DNA from: Octopus sinensis
Taxonomy: Eukaryota
Direction of reading: 5' to 3'
DNA: 64,000 nucleotides
NCBI RefSeq assembly: GCF_006345805.1
Contig: NC_042998.1
Span: forward strand, 158,224,001-158,288,000
Shown: positions 1 through 12,913 of the stretch, one piece after another
How the letters are laid out: each line of letters opens with the position of its first letter
How positions within the stretch are numbered: position 1 is the first letter of the stretch
The notes under the pieces: generated by a model
Databases searched by the model: none
What the model was told of the DNA's origin: nothing
What the model saw: the letters and a program-made list of their open reading frames with translations, nothing else
Made by a program: the position numbers and the translations under genes

Positions 1-117
1 TATGAACAATGCATAATAGATATATACATGTAGAGAACATGTAAAGGTAAGATAAACAAAATAGTTCTCCATCTGGTAATAGATAAATATTGCTTTATGT
101 GCATAGTATACGGTTAT

Positions 118-770
118 GAACTACTAACAGTTTCATACATTGAAGTTGTTGTCTAGGTAGGTTTAATAACACGCCTTGTGTCTCCAAGCAATTTTCAGAC
201 TCTAAACACATAGCCTATACAAGTGGCAAATCAGGACAATAGAACAAGAGAAATTACGAGAAAATTACAAGTAGGTGGATGCAAAAAGTGGAGGAGTGAA
301 CAAAAAAGTTTTTGAGAATTAGAGTTATGTTTCTCCGTAAAACTAGTTGGTATAGAATCAACGGGAGAGGTCTAAAGTAAGCGATATTGATGCTCAATCT
401 AGGAAAGGTGGTACTCTCCATTTCCCCAAAAGTAACTGTCCATATGTTTGCATTCGCTGAAAGTTTCTGATCCGAAATTAGCAGTGCAATGGAATTCTTA
501 GATCTAATAAGGATATGCGGTCTAGAGCCCTTAACACAGAGAGTGGATTTTTTTACTATTTTCCTCTTGATTATCTCTGCGTAGAGTTGATCTTCGAACC
601 TCATGCGTGGCTAACGAACCAAGTGGCTTTACTTTTGTCGATGTACCGGTAAGAAGATAGGCGGTTTGCATAGCGTCGTTTGAAGTTGCCTTTTGCGTAA
701 TCCCATGTAATTCTTCTCTTCGGTTAGATTATCGTGTGGGGTTGTTGTTACGTTTGCACTTCTGCCATTA
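118..770 (-). mobile_element. Penelope-like element 3' fragment (GIY-YIG C-terminus plus 3' UTR), degraded
   Basis: Minus strand reads, with a frameshift and a stop, NYMG..KGNFKRRYANRLSSYR...IIKRKIVKKSTLC...HILIRSKNS...LL. This matches the PLE endonuclease pattern YxG-F(K)xRYxNHxSS-IKW(x)IV-HIL-LLN. Confidence 0.7.
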
Positions 771-789
771 AGTTTGGTCTGAAGGCCAA

Positions 790-975
790 CTCCACACCAA
801 ATACAATCAAGTGGAAAATCGTTGAAAAATACATGCCATATGTTGATGGATCTGAAAGATGAAAGTTATGCCTAGCTGTAAGATCGCACATCCTTTTAAG
901 ATCTAGCAATTCTACCAAATTGCTAACTCCAGGTCAGAAATTTTCAGCAAATGTTATAGTGAACATCCCTATTAT
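790..975 (+). mobile_element. Penelope-like element GIY-YIG C-terminal fragment, inverted relative to 118-770
   Basis: Plus strand reads LKANSTPNTIKWKIVEKYMPYVDGSER*KLCLAVRSHILLRSSNSTKLL (IKW..PY..GS.RC.LCL..HIL motif). The DNA aligns by eye to the minus copy. Confidence 0.7.
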
Positions 976-1072
976 CCTTAATATCCTAGAAACAGCTGTA
1001 AGACTAACTTTCTCTTTATGAATGTCCTGAAAATTCCATACAGCCTTAGCTTTGTTGTCTCAGTTTATTTAA

Positions 1073-1073
<1 letters not shown>

Positions 1074-1143
<70 letters not shown>
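1074..1143. repeat. (CA)n microsatellite
   Basis: Direct reading. Confidence 0.95.
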
Positions 1144-1145
<2 letters not shown>

Positions 1146-1420
1146 CTGTATAACATTGGAAGCTCTCCTAGATTCAGCTTGTTCAGGTGTTTCTTATGCC
1201 TTTCATCATTTGATGCTCTCCTTGATGCAACTTGTTAAGGAGTTTGAGAGTCCCTAAGTATTTGCATATTCTCAGCATTGGAAGCTCTCCTGGCTGGCGT
1301 TTGATCTGAGTTTTCATTTGCACAGGACTTTCCTTTCCTCGCTGCAGCCTTAGCTCTTTTAATTGTAATCTGTCCTCTGTTGGCGGAGATTTGTTTTTAC
1401 GGGACATACTGCCGCTGTAT
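1144..1420 (-). mobile_element. Probable Helitron RepHel N-terminal repeat fragment
   Basis: Minus frames give MSRKNKS..RAKAAARKGKSCANENSDQTPARRASNA..SQTP*QVASRRASND..ETPEQAESRRASN. Three RRASN repeats resemble the ETPEQ-type repeats at Helitron N-termini. Confidence 0.5.
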
Positions 1421-1669
1421 GCGACAGGCAACAATAAACTACAGAAGAACCTGAAAATTGATCACTGCATTTAAGTATTACATTAATATTTAAGCTTACC
1501 TTTTAAAAATTCAACGATAATTCTTCTGCCGCCACTTCATTTAAAGACAATTTGATGTACGTAGGTCCTTACTTTTCGTACAAATAATTATTTTTATTTC
1601 AAGGGTGACTCGCTCGATTTCGCAATTTATTTTGATTATTCCAAAATTTATTTCCAAGTTATAAAAATT

Positions 1670-2416
1670 GTAATATTAATATGCTAATACCTACGTAGTT
1701 ACGTACGCACGTACCTGTGGTGTGTGTCACACTTAGTTGAAAGGAAGAGGTAAAAAGAGAGAAATGAAACTTGTTAAGCAGAAGAATCGTTGAAGTAAGA
1801 AGCAAAGCGGCAAAGAATAGGGAGTAAGAGGGAATGGGAGAGTGAGAGAGAGAGAGAGAAAGAGAGAAAACATTGATCGCGCTGACAGGTAAGAGAAGGA
1901 GACATAGAGGAGGGAGAGAGGAAGAAGCAGGAGGAAGAGAGAAAGATATTTAGAGAGATTGACTGAGTGAACGAAAGGAGTGGATAGAGAATGATAATGA
2001 AAGAGAATGAACCTATTCTCAGAGACAAAACGCTGGAAAACTTTTCGTTTTGGACAATATATGATAAAGCCATTGTGACAGTTATTCAATGCCGTTTGAA
2101 AGGCATTTGTATAACATTTCATAAAAAAATACCAATTTTCCTGAAAATTATGAGGCAGAAACTGTCAGGTCATGTGGATTTTCCCAAACTCCTCTCCCTA
2201 GCCCCCCCCCCAAATTTTTGCAACAAATTTTAACATACATTCAATCAACAGGTTCTAAGTGATCATTTATGGAATTTATGAGGCAACAAAATCGGTAGTG
2301 TATACACTTGTATGTAAATATGCCCATAATTATTCGACAGTTATTAAATGAAGTCACTATTTACAGATGCTTACATTTTTTTATATTTTCCGTGAAGTTC
2401 TCACGGGTCAAACTAG
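1670..2416 (+). mobile_element. Non-autonomous Helitron (3' terminus clear, 5' end approximate)
   Basis: Hairpin tccgtga-agttc-tcacggg (2389-2407), then CTAG (2413-2416) followed by T, which is the canonical Helitron 3' end. Confidence 0.65.
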
Positions 2417-2419
2417 TAA

Positions 2420-2649
2420 AAGTTGTTATCGTGCAAAAAAAATTCGTCGCAAAAAATCACGTAAAAATCTCCAAAGACGATCGCAGTAACGAAAACTTAG
2501 AAATCCAGAATTTCTGGAATGCGGGTCCTGATTCGGCCCGGAATGTTTTTAATTTACTCACGGAGTCAGCCTAATTTCAAAATGGCATATGTTGGGCTGC
2601 GGCGTCGAGGAATAAAGTTGAAAAAGTGTGACACACTGACATTCGCATT

Positions 2650-2660
<11 letters not shown>
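2420..2660 (-). mobile_element. Possible non-autonomous Helitron 5' end running into the (TA)n array
   Basis: Minus strand reads tatataataaatgcgaatgtcagtgtgtcacactt, like Lep1-type 5' ends. The 13-mer gtgtgtcacactt is shared in inverted orientation with 1722-1734. Confidence 0.35.
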
Positions 2661-2731
<71 letters not shown>

Positions 2732-2850
2732 ATATATATATATATATATATATAATATATATATATATAATATATATATATATAATATATATATATATAT
2801 ATTATATATATATATAATATATATTATATATATATATATATATAATATAT

Positions 2851-2898
<48 letters not shown>

Positions 2899-2939
2899 AT
2901 ATATAATATATATATATATATATAATATATTATATATAT

Positions 2940-2971
<32 letters not shown>

Positions 2972-3050
2972 ATTATATATATATATATATTATAATATAT
3001 ATATATATATAATATATATATAATATATAATATATATAATATATATATAT

Positions 3051-3095
<45 letters not shown>

Positions 3096-3116
3096 ATATT
3101 ATATATATATAATATA
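2654..3116. repeat. Long imperfect (TA)n microsatellite
   Basis: Direct reading. Confidence 0.95.
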
Positions 3117-3871
3117 TGTGTATATTGGCAGTAATATTAATATTAATTTATCTCCCTCATTATTTAAATATTGAAATAAATACTTCTCTAGTAGGAATTT
3201 CTTAGCGCGCCAGAACCAAGACATTTGAAATGTTATCCCTAATGTAATCGGTAAAACTAAGCACGTGTCTGTCTTGGCACAGAAAGCTGGGGTTATTTTT
3301 TTCAGTTTGCATTCACACGGAACGAATGCACTGATGAAGCCATGCACATTTGAATTATGTAAGTAATTCTTTTGTTAAAGGCTGAAACCGAGGTATGCAT
3401 TTAATTCTGTTTTTTTATATAAATGTTCATCTGTCCTGCCCGCCAAATTTGGTTCTGGTGTTCGATGAATTTTTCCTCTAGAGAATTTCCTTTGTAGTTT
3501 GATCGTTGATGATCTGTTTCTCGTATATAAACATGAACATTTGTATATACGCTTGTAGATACGTGTTATTCGTAGAGGTATGAATAAATGTTTATAATTA
3601 TGTACAATGAGTTATACTATACTGTTGGCATTAAAGAGATTTACTCCTAAAATCTTTTTTGTTCACTTCCCTCGCTTTCAGCCCCTGCTAAAGGGGTAAA
3701 TAATGTAGTTCTTAGAGTTATTTGGCGTCTTTTTCTAGCATGTGGCACTACTCATTAGTGCTCTTATTATAATTATATTTATATAATTATCTATTGTGTT
3801 TTACTTGTTACCTATATGGTTTCATTATATGCTGGCTACTTGATAAAATCTTATAAATATGTTATCTTTAA

Positions 3872-3872
<1 letters not shown>

Positions 3873-3945
<73 letters not shown>

Positions 3946-4030
3946 GTGTGTATATGTATATATATGCGTGCGTATGTGTTTGTCTATATTTGTGTGCATG
4001 TGTGTAGACACACATGTGCGTGCGTGTGTG
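3873..4030. repeat. Compound (TA)n(TG)n microsatellite
   Basis: Direct reading. Confidence 0.9.
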
Positions 4031-6711
4031 ATAACTTTTATGTGCCCAAAGGAACCAATTTCAATTCATCATCAAGTTCTTATGAAAAATGGAACTGTAA
4101 ACTTTCAGTATTTTCTCAACACAACTCGGCTCGAAACAGTATAATAGTTACTGAGTTATGGAGATCGAATTAATATCAAACTATTTTATGTTGTCCGTAA
4201 ATTATAATTTGTCGCAGCTTTCTATTTTGAAGTAGAACATCATTTTAATTTTTATTACGCTTCATTTCTTAAAATTTTACTTACATAGCCTTTATTTTCC
4301 TGTTTTAACTTTAAAAATTAACTTTAAAATAAGCTATTTTCATTGAAGAATTTAAATTTCAAGCAATTTTCGTTACATACGATGTTATGATATTATGAAT
4401 TATAAACTACAAACCGAAATATTTGGAGTTTTGTAGATATATATCACAATTCACTCAGCATCAATCCACATAACCATTGTACCTTTTTTCTCAAGCGTAG
4501 TAAAGAAAGTAAAATTTAAGAATAAAGAAAAAGGAAATTTACCATTATCTGTAATAGATATTATCTTTGTCACAAAAGACATAACTAAAAGATTTGTGAA
4601 TGGCATCTCAGACTATGTTTTCTCCTATGGGAAATAGGCTTGCATTGAAAATCACATTTTTAGAGTCAGACTATTGTATGCCACGTAGTTTTCGAAATTG
4701 AAAGATGTATTTCCAGTATAGTGTCCATCTGCTAGAGATTAATAACGAGGTGTGGTTTCACTGTTCTCTAGTGTTTTGAAATCTTATGAAATAAATGAAA
4801 CAAGCACGTCAGTGTACACTAAAATGTAACATTAATCATTCCACTAACAAAAATAGAAATAAACATTTGATATAGAACCAACGTTGTATATTATACAACC
4901 AGTAGCCACTGGGAATCAAGACATCAAACTGAACCAGCATTGATCAAATCCTATTATCAACTAACCAGTTTTGTAACATTTTTGTTCTAATCGCGTGAGA
5001 GAGCCTCTATACTTGTTAAAAATAGCAGCCTGATATACTTCAAGCCACACTCTAAAGTTTAAATAAGCTTGGCCATTTTGCCTTTCCACTCAGAGCTACT
5101 CCACCTGGGGCTAAACTACATAACTTTATTCAAACAAAGCTAACATGTGTTATCCTATGCAGGGTTGTTACTCTATGTGAGGTAGCGATATGTGTGCTGT
5201 ATGTGTATGTGTGTGTGCGTATGTCTGCATGTATTTAAATTTGTAATCCAGATCAGAAACTATTCACCGTTACAGATTTTCGATAATATAGCAGGAACAA
5301 GAAAAAACATTCGAAGAAGATGAGAAACCTTGTAAGAGGAGATGAGACGAAGAAATGGAAGCCAACAACAACATACAAACAACAGATGCATTTGTGTGGC
5401 AATGAAATACAGGAGAAACTTAGAAGACAAAGAAATGAATTAGTTCCGCTATTATGTAGCAGAGTTAGTGTGTCCGTGTTATTATTTCCACATGCAGCAC
5501 TGGTGTGTTTAACAGTAATGTCGAAATCAACCAAGCTCTATGATTATTTCACTCGACTGAATCTATTCGATTAATGAGTGAGGCTGCAGTTACAAAAATT
5601 GACTCTTCTTTTCTTTTTCTTTGCCAATTTACTCGTTCTTTTGCTCTCCTTGGTCCCTAATTTGACCACAGACCGACAATGTCTCTAATACACCGGATAC
5701 TGACAGGATAATGGCTATGCAACATTTGACTAGTAAAAAGGAAAAGATTCACCATTTTTCCTATACATCTTCAAACTATTATTTTCTCACGTCTTCTTTT
5801 GACCTTCTGACTGAAAGAATCAGCTATTTATTCATCAGACAAAGACATCTGCTTTGAACAGTCAGTGAGACTTAATTATTTTGTGTAGAGTTTTGGATAT
5901 TTTTCTCTAAAAGTCCATCCAACAGGAAAAGTGAACAAGAGTTATAACGTAAGAAAAACGAAAAACGTAACATTAACATATATTATTCAATAGTATTTTT
6001 TTCTTAATGTCTTTCTTACTTGGGTCGTTTTGACACTGGTTTTTCATGCAACTGACAGAGCAACATATGTGAGAAAATTTTGTTGTTAACATATATGACA
6101 ATTGGCAGAATAACGGACAAAATGCCTAGCATTATTTCGTTATGCACGTTTAAGACATGAGTTCATAAAACAAGGTCGATTTGCAGTTCCATATACCCAT
6201 GGTTGATAAAATACCTTCTAGTCGAACACTGGCGTCAACTTCATTCACATGTGTTCTCCCGTGAAATATGTGCCTTGGTGCTAACTGTAAAATCATCGTT
6301 GTTGTCGTATTTGGATGAAATCGAACTAATCATTATTTCTTGTGTTAGGCAATTTAATCTCAGCACAGCAAACTGTTAAATTACTTCGTGAATGCCAATT
6401 AGTCGTGTGCCTTACCTAGCTGTTCTCACCTTTCTTTCGTTTTTGTACTCAACTGCTACATCTGAGGTCAGTGACATGTTTGTTTTAACAGAACACAACA
6501 ACATTAATGATGAACTCACAAATATCCTGGATGTTGCTACGATTGCTTAACCAGTTTCATTGAGGCTCTTAGGAAACGAAATGGTAAAAGAAACGCAATA
6601 CTAAATAAAGTGAATTGTGAGGTTCTAAATTCAACTAGTTAGTGGAATTATAGTATGTAGCAGAATAATAATCAACGGAATAGTAAGGTGACGAATGATA
6701 TGACGACATAA

Positions 6712-6929
6712 TAATCCTTTCTACTATAAGCACAAGGCCTGATATATCGGGGAACAGGGATAATCGATTACATCGACCCCAGTGTTCAACTGGTACTTAT
6801 TTTACCGACCCCGAAAGGATGAAAGGCAAAGTCGACCGCAGTAGAATTTGAACTCAGAACGTAGCGACTGACGAAATACTGATAAGCATTTCTCCAGGGT
6901 GCTATTGATTCTGCCAGTTCGCCGCCTTA
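6712..6929 (-). mobile_element. SINE family B (head aaggcggcgaactggcagaatc; body gttctgagttcaaattc...gtcgactttgcctttcatcctttcggggtcg)
   Basis: Reverse-complement match to copies at 7473, 11812, 12979 and 43815; A/B-box-like head. Confidence 0.85.
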
Positions 6930-6937
6930 GTAAGACG

Positions 6938-6939
<2 letters not shown>

Positions 6940-6980
<41 letters not shown>

Positions 6981-7106
6981 GAGGAGGAGGCGGAAGAGGA
7001 GGAGGATGATAAGCAACGGAATAAGAAAGAAACGTGATGGCGGAATAATCAGGTAACGGAACACTATGTTATCGAATAGTAATACAACTGTGTGTGTGTG
7101 TGTGTG

Positions 7107-7148
<42 letters not shown>

Positions 7149-7186
7149 GTGTGTGTGTGTGTCTGCCTGTGTGTGTCTGTGTGTGT
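6940..7186. repeat. (TAA)n, (GAG)n and (TG)n microsatellites
   Basis: Direct reading: TAA 6940-6977, TG 7069-7186. Confidence 0.9.
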
Positions 7187-7472
7187 ATTCCCTATTATTA
7201 TTATTAAAGCTGCTTTATAACAAAGACACAAAGCGCCATCTCTTTGGAGTGTAGATAACGAAAACAATGTCACATTTTAAACATGAAAAAGCCTTCCATA
7301 GATTTACAGTTCCACTCACAGATTTTTTATTTATTTATTTATTTATTTATTTATTTTGTAATATGCGATTGAGTTGGCTGATTTTCTTCTTCTGAAAATC
7401 CAAGCTTATCCAAACTGACAGTTAGGCATTTACTTACACAACTATGTGCACCAATTATCATTAGTATAAATG

Positions 7473-7692
7473 TAAGGTGGCGAACTGGCAGAATCGTTAA
7501 CACGCCGAACTAAATACTTAGCGGTATTTCGTCCGTCTTAACGTTCCGAGTTCAAATTCTACTAAGGTCGACTTTGCCTTTCATCCTTCAGGATCGATAA
7601 AATAAGTACCAGTGAAACACTGGGATCGATATAATCGATTTACCTCCTTCCCCGACTTTGCTGGCCTTGTGCTAAAAATTTGAAATCATTAT
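7473..7692 (+). mobile_element. SINE family B
   Basis: taaggtggcgaactggcagaatcgttaacacgcc...gttccgagttcaaattc...gtcgactttgcctttcatcc. Confidence 0.85.
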
Positions 7693-9726
7693 TGCTATAA
7701 ATGTAAATTTGTAATGCGGATATAGAAGCTGGAAGTTTTGAAGCAGTTGTCCATAGTTATCTTCTTTCTCTTTGATTTTCAAGGAGATATTCACATCAGC
7801 AAGACAGCTAACCTCTCTGACGGTACATACCTTTTTTGTCTGTCCCAATCAATAATATCCGACCTGTTACTTACTCTTGACAGATGTTTCTCTCTTGTTT
7901 CTCCACCGAAAAGAAATGACATTAAGGCTAATCGCTTAATTTCATTGTGAACGGAATTTTATGATTGTCCACACTTAACTTTAGCCGATTAATCAAAAAC
8001 GAAATCCATTACCTACACATACACACACACACACACACATGCACGCAAGTACACGCACATACTCACAACACATGCACAAACAGAGAGACTCTGGTCTAAA
8101 TTTTCAAACTACTCTTAAAAATTATAACCTGCAGCTTCCACGATTCCCTTTATGAAAGGGATTTTTGTAACTTGATTTTCTTTAAAATGATCATCAAATT
8201 ACCTCATAAAAGTACTTTAATATTTAAATAAGTTCATAAAGGATTTTCATGGTAAGATTTAAATGATATAAAGCTCTAGGTTAATTCAAAAAATTCTAGC
8301 ATATTTTTCTAATATTGAATAAAGAGAAAGTCATTTGCTTAAACATCAAAATGTTGAAGACCTCAGAAGACTTATTGCAATTATTAAAGTGATAGTACTC
8401 TCTTTGAAACTGTAGTACTGCTACACACACATACACACTTATACTACACTGCAGCCGAATCAAGATCATTCGTCTGATTATTACTACGGCTTCTACTTTT
8501 ATGAATTAGAAATTTGAAATCTGAAATAATCTCTCCACATAAACCAACTTACCTATCTTTCTTCACCCCATCACCTTTACTGTGTTGCTCCTGTTCTTAA
8601 CACTTCATCCTATACTTCTTACAGTACACTGCAACCCACTGGAATTCTCACCACTCATAGTTTTCCCGTTTCTCTTTCTCTCCCCCCTCTTTCACTCTCT
8701 TAAACGTCCACCTGCAGCTGTTCAAACCCAACACCAACCATATTAATCTCACTGTTCACAGAGGTCTAGTGGATGCCATTAGCACTTTTCTTTTCGACCT
8801 TTGGTTAATTTATACAAATAAACTGCAGTAAAAATTGCAACACATGTATTTATACACAAAAACGAGTCTTTGAGCATCTGTATCCATTAAAAAGCCTAAA
8901 GTCGATCCTTAAGAGCTAGTAGGCGCCTGTCTGACCTGGCAGGCGTATTAAATCGAAAGTTAGTGAACGTTGCACGTGCTGAAAGTTGATTTATTGACGA
9001 AGAGAACGACTCAATTCTTAACCAACCAGCCAGCCAGTTAAGTTGAACAACGGCTTTCTTTTGTTCCATTACATTATTAAGTTGACAGTCATAAGAACAA
9101 TAAAAATATATGCTAGGATAACAGCATTAAAATTTCCCAGAGAACAGTACCATTTGTTAATGCTAACCAAGTTTTCCTCATACCTGGTTTGACCTGGCGA
9201 GTTTGGTATTTGTTCCGTTAGAAAATGAACAATCTTCATATTTACCATATGGGATTAGTTATGGTATTGTTCAGATTTCGTAAATTACTTAAAGAGACAT
9301 ACCGGTAGAAAGTTTGGAAGTGTTGCAAGGCTTTTCAACTAATTCATGTGAACATCGAAGCTTTTGATTTTGAATCTTAATGTATAGCAGATAGTAAAAG
9401 CTATTTAACTAGAAATCAAACAAAAATTTGGTTAAGCTTATTTAAACAATCGATATCCGACTTAAGTATTCACTTTTGTGTACACCTGCAAACATGTTAT
9501 ACTTCCCGTTTTTTTCTCTTCCATTTTATTTTAATATGACGTTAACCGTATTGACAAGAATCAGATAAACTATTATTTCTACTGGTAAACTCTGATTAAG
9601 GGATTATTATTTATATATTTTTTTAAAGGATAACGTAACTTCCCAGTTATTATTTCTCAATTTCTTAATCGCTGTGTCATCAAAAAAGATGATTGCATAA
9701 TCCAGTGATAAATGCCACTTGCAAGG

Positions 9727-9766
<40 letters not shown>

Positions 9767-10189
9767 CAATTCTCACCAAAATTAAAACCTCAATGTAGTG
9801 GCTTGCAAGAAATATCAGCCGGAACTACCAGCATATAAAATTATTCTTTGAATTATGTTGTTCAGGAAACGCTATTTGAGAACAGACAGTTTGATCATGG
9901 TTGGAGGAAATTCTAGATGCAGGTAAGACTGCACACAACTGCTCATTGTCAAGGAAAAGCTGAAAATATCGCTGCTTAAGTACGTGTCTGTGATCATCAG
10001 CCTCAGCATGCCCAGTTCTTCACTCAGTGAGTGTTGACAACAAAATGTCTCACTAATGGATTGCGTCCCTTACACAAAAAGCCGAAGAGCAGGTACTTTA
10101 GTCCGCTAAGTCGAAAATTGTGACAAAGCACAATGGTTATCTGGTAATATAAGGTGATGTATGCACTCTCCACTTCTGCCCACGCTTTC

Positions 10190-10392
10190 AAGATAACTTC
10201 TTCTCGGCTCATTTCTAAGTGAGATTGCACATTGCTCGTTGCTCGTCACCTCGTTCAGAAAACAGCACTGCTTTGAACCGCTCGGATATTCCGGAAGGTG
10301 CTCGAAAAATAAGAGGCGTTACCTTAGTTCACTGGTAGTGAACAGCTGACACTGTAGTACATCTCCAGCGTTAGAAGCTGTGCAAAGGCAAT
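10190..10392 (+). mobile_element. R4/Dong-type LINE 3' end with (TAA)n tail
   Basis: Reads LVQKTALL*TARIFRKVLEK* (RLE-LINE C-terminus). The 3' UTR is shared with 14415-14490 (cactggtagtgaacagctg...gttagaagctg). (TAA)n follows at 10392-10477. Confidence 0.75.
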
Positions 10393-10393
10393 G

Positions 10394-10463
<70 letters not shown>

Positions 10464-10477
10464 TAATAATATAATAA

Positions 10478-10968
10478 GGTATAAAAGATGGGCTACAGTT
10501 ATAAAAGATGGGCTACAGCAAATATTCTGCTCAATACCACAGATTTGCTTGTCAGTTGTTTGACCTTAACCAGTTGAGCATGTCCCTTAGTGGCTGACGA
10601 TATGCGCATCTCTGATCACGAGCAGAAGTAGTGGGGGAGCAACATAGCCATGTGTTGAGAGGGATTCTTTGGGGTTTGAATAGTTCACCTCTGGAAACAT
10701 GGGTGGTTCTTTCAACATCCTTAAACAACCCTTATTCAGGGACCGTTTGAGCGGGATGGGCTACTCAACCTGAAGACAATTCTAACTGGGCCCCACCTGC
10801 AAGGTCATGTGCTGTTTATCTTGATATGAGATCACCATGTCGCGCACATATGGTTGTGATGCATGTGCATGGTGTACCCTTATCAGACGGGTAGTCATGA
10901 TGGGTATATTGGGCTTCGTATATTTTACCCTAGTGTCACTTTGATGGCATGAACTGCTCTCTCACTCA
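10478..10968 (+). mobile_element. Repeat family D (about 530 bp SINE-like element ending in TAA repeats), 5'-truncated copy
   Basis: Inverted homolog at 12228-12760; both copies abut (TAA)n at ...ctgctctctcactcaataataat. Confidence 0.8.
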
Positions 10969-11097
10969 ATAATAATAATAATAATAATGATAATAATAAT
11001 AATGATGATAATAATAATAATATAATAATAATAATAATAATAATGATGATGATGATGATGATGATGATGATTATGATGATGATGATAATAATAATAA

Positions 11098-11812
11098 CGG
11101 CCGGCCGTGACAGCGGCTGGACGTGTTCTTCGCAGCTCTGACCTGTCAGTAGCTGAAGATACTGAAACACTAATACAACTGAAAAATTACTCTAAAAGAC
11201 TGCAAAAAAAAAGCACCCCAAAATATTATGAATAACGGTGGTAATGAAACTGAAGCCAATGATGGTGACACTGTTACACCCTGTAGGCTCAGAGATTCTG
11301 GTCTGGCTCCAGCCTGTCGATATTCAGAAAGGGAGCACCACACACGGTGTAGATGGAGCAAGCAAATTAATGCTGTGGTCATGGAGTCTTACTACTTGAG
11401 CAACCCGGTAGATGAAAATGGTGCTCAAATTAGGGCTTACCGACAACGTATGTATGATCATTGGAGAGAAAAGGGATTGTTTCAACTCACAGAACAGAGA
11501 CTATGTGATCAAGGTAGAGCAATAAGAAAAAAATTGTTGGCTCACAGAAGTAGAGCTCGAAGCTATCATAAGTCGGGTCTTGGAAAATAGCAGCATAGAT
11601 AACAATGAAAATACAATTCTTACTAATAAAAGTAATCTCATTGCACAGGAAAGGAGCAGTGTTAGTTTACTTGATGAGAGACATATAGATGATCAGAAAG
11701 AAGACAATAAAACTAATGGCGACATGACAGATGAACAAAAGACAACCTACGACAGAATAAAGGTAAGACTACAAGAGAATGATAGCGACATAATTTGCAA
11801 CTTTGAAAAGGT
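11098..11812 (+). mobile_element. R4/Dong-type LINE 5' fragment (N-terminal domain), interrupted by SINE B
   Basis: ORF 11228-11590 reads RWSKQINAVVMESYY...AYRQRMYDHW...LTEQRLCDQGRAIRK. It is homologous to the N-terminus of the 15047-19000 element (KWT..Y..YY..W..KVANVRRDI) and is preceded by (TAA/TGA)n at 10969-11097. Confidence 0.75.
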
Positions 11813-12200
11813 CCTCTCTGTGTTTAGCCCTTTGTGGATAGTAAAGTAATTGGTATTTCGTCTGCCGTTACGTTCTGAGTTCAAATTCCGCCGAGGTCGA
11901 CTTTGCCTTTCATCCTTTCGGGGTCGATTAAATAAGTGCCAGTTACGCACTGGAGTCGATATAATCGACTTAATCCATTTGTCTGTCTTTGTTTGTCCTC
12001 TCTGTGTTTAGCCCCCTGTGGGTAGTAAAGAAATAGGTAATTCGTTTGCCGTTACGTTGTGTGTTCAAATTTCACTGAGGTTGACTTTGCTTTTCATCCT
12101 TTTGGATTCGACGCATTAAGTACCAGTCAAATACTGGGGTCGTGTTGATCGATTGTCACCCTTCCCACGAATTCTAGCCCTTTTGGATTATTATTATTAT
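11812..12200 (+). mobile_element. Tandem SINE family B units with a Tx1-like tail
   Basis: Two bodies, each preceded by gtcctctctgtgtttagccc..gtgg.tagtaaag. Confidence 0.8.
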
Positions 12201-12227
12201 TTTTACTATTATTATTATAATTATCAT

Positions 12228-12760
12228 TGAGTGAGAGAGCAGTGCATGCCATCAAAGTGACACTGGGGTAAAATATACGAAGCCCAATATACCCATCATG
12301 ACTACTCGTCTGATAACTCATGACTACTCACAACCATATCTACGTGACATGGGGATCTCCAATCAAGACAAATAGCACATGACCTTGCAGGTAGGGCCCA
12401 GTTAGAATTTTCTTCTGATCGAGTAACCCATCTCGCTCAAAAGATCCCTGAATAAGGGCTGTTTAAGGATGTTGAACAAACCACCCATGTTTCCATAGAT
12501 GAATTATTCAAATCCCAAAGAATCCCTCTCAACACATGGCTATGATGCCCCCCCCTACTTCTGCTCGTCATCAGAGATGCACATATCGTCAACCACTAAA
12601 GGACATGGTCAACTGGTTAAGGCTAACCAGCTGACAAGCAAATCTGTGATGTTGAGTAGAATATTCGCTGTAGCCCATCTTTTATACCAAGACAAAACAA
12701 TGTCTTCCAATCAGTTAAGATCAGAAGCCATGAGAGCCACTGCCTAGTACTGCATCGCGA
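12228..12760 (-). mobile_element. Repeat family D, near full length
   Basis: Inverted homolog of 10478-10968 with an extra 5' head (gatgcagtactaggcagtggctctcatggcttctgatcttaactgattggaag); flanked by (TTA)n. Confidence 0.8.
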
Positions 12761-12787
12761 CACTAATTATCATTATCATTATTATAA

Positions 12788-12832
<45 letters not shown>

Positions 12833-12834
<2 letters not shown>

Positions 12835-12913
12835 GAGTGAGAGAGCAGTTCATGCCATCAAAGTGACACTGGGGTAAAATATACGAAGCCACTGCCTGGT
12901 ACTGCATCAGGGC

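Noticed and set aside
4530-4560. Possible 6-nt microexon (cag|ATAATG|gtaaat, minus strand)
   Set aside because: Weak polypyrimidine tract; expected by chance.
5253-5574. Overlapping 84-93 aa ORFs
   Set aside because: No recognisable motif or strong splice context.
10590-10630. CTGACGA in family D
   Set aside because: No GAAA/stem III, and the second copy reads ttgacga.
11098-11190. GGCCGGC (HDV P1-like) at the R4/Dong 5' end; similar GGCCGTC near 18975
   Set aside because: Could not assemble P3/L3/P1.1/J4-2; only simple hairpins form. A covariance search would settle it.
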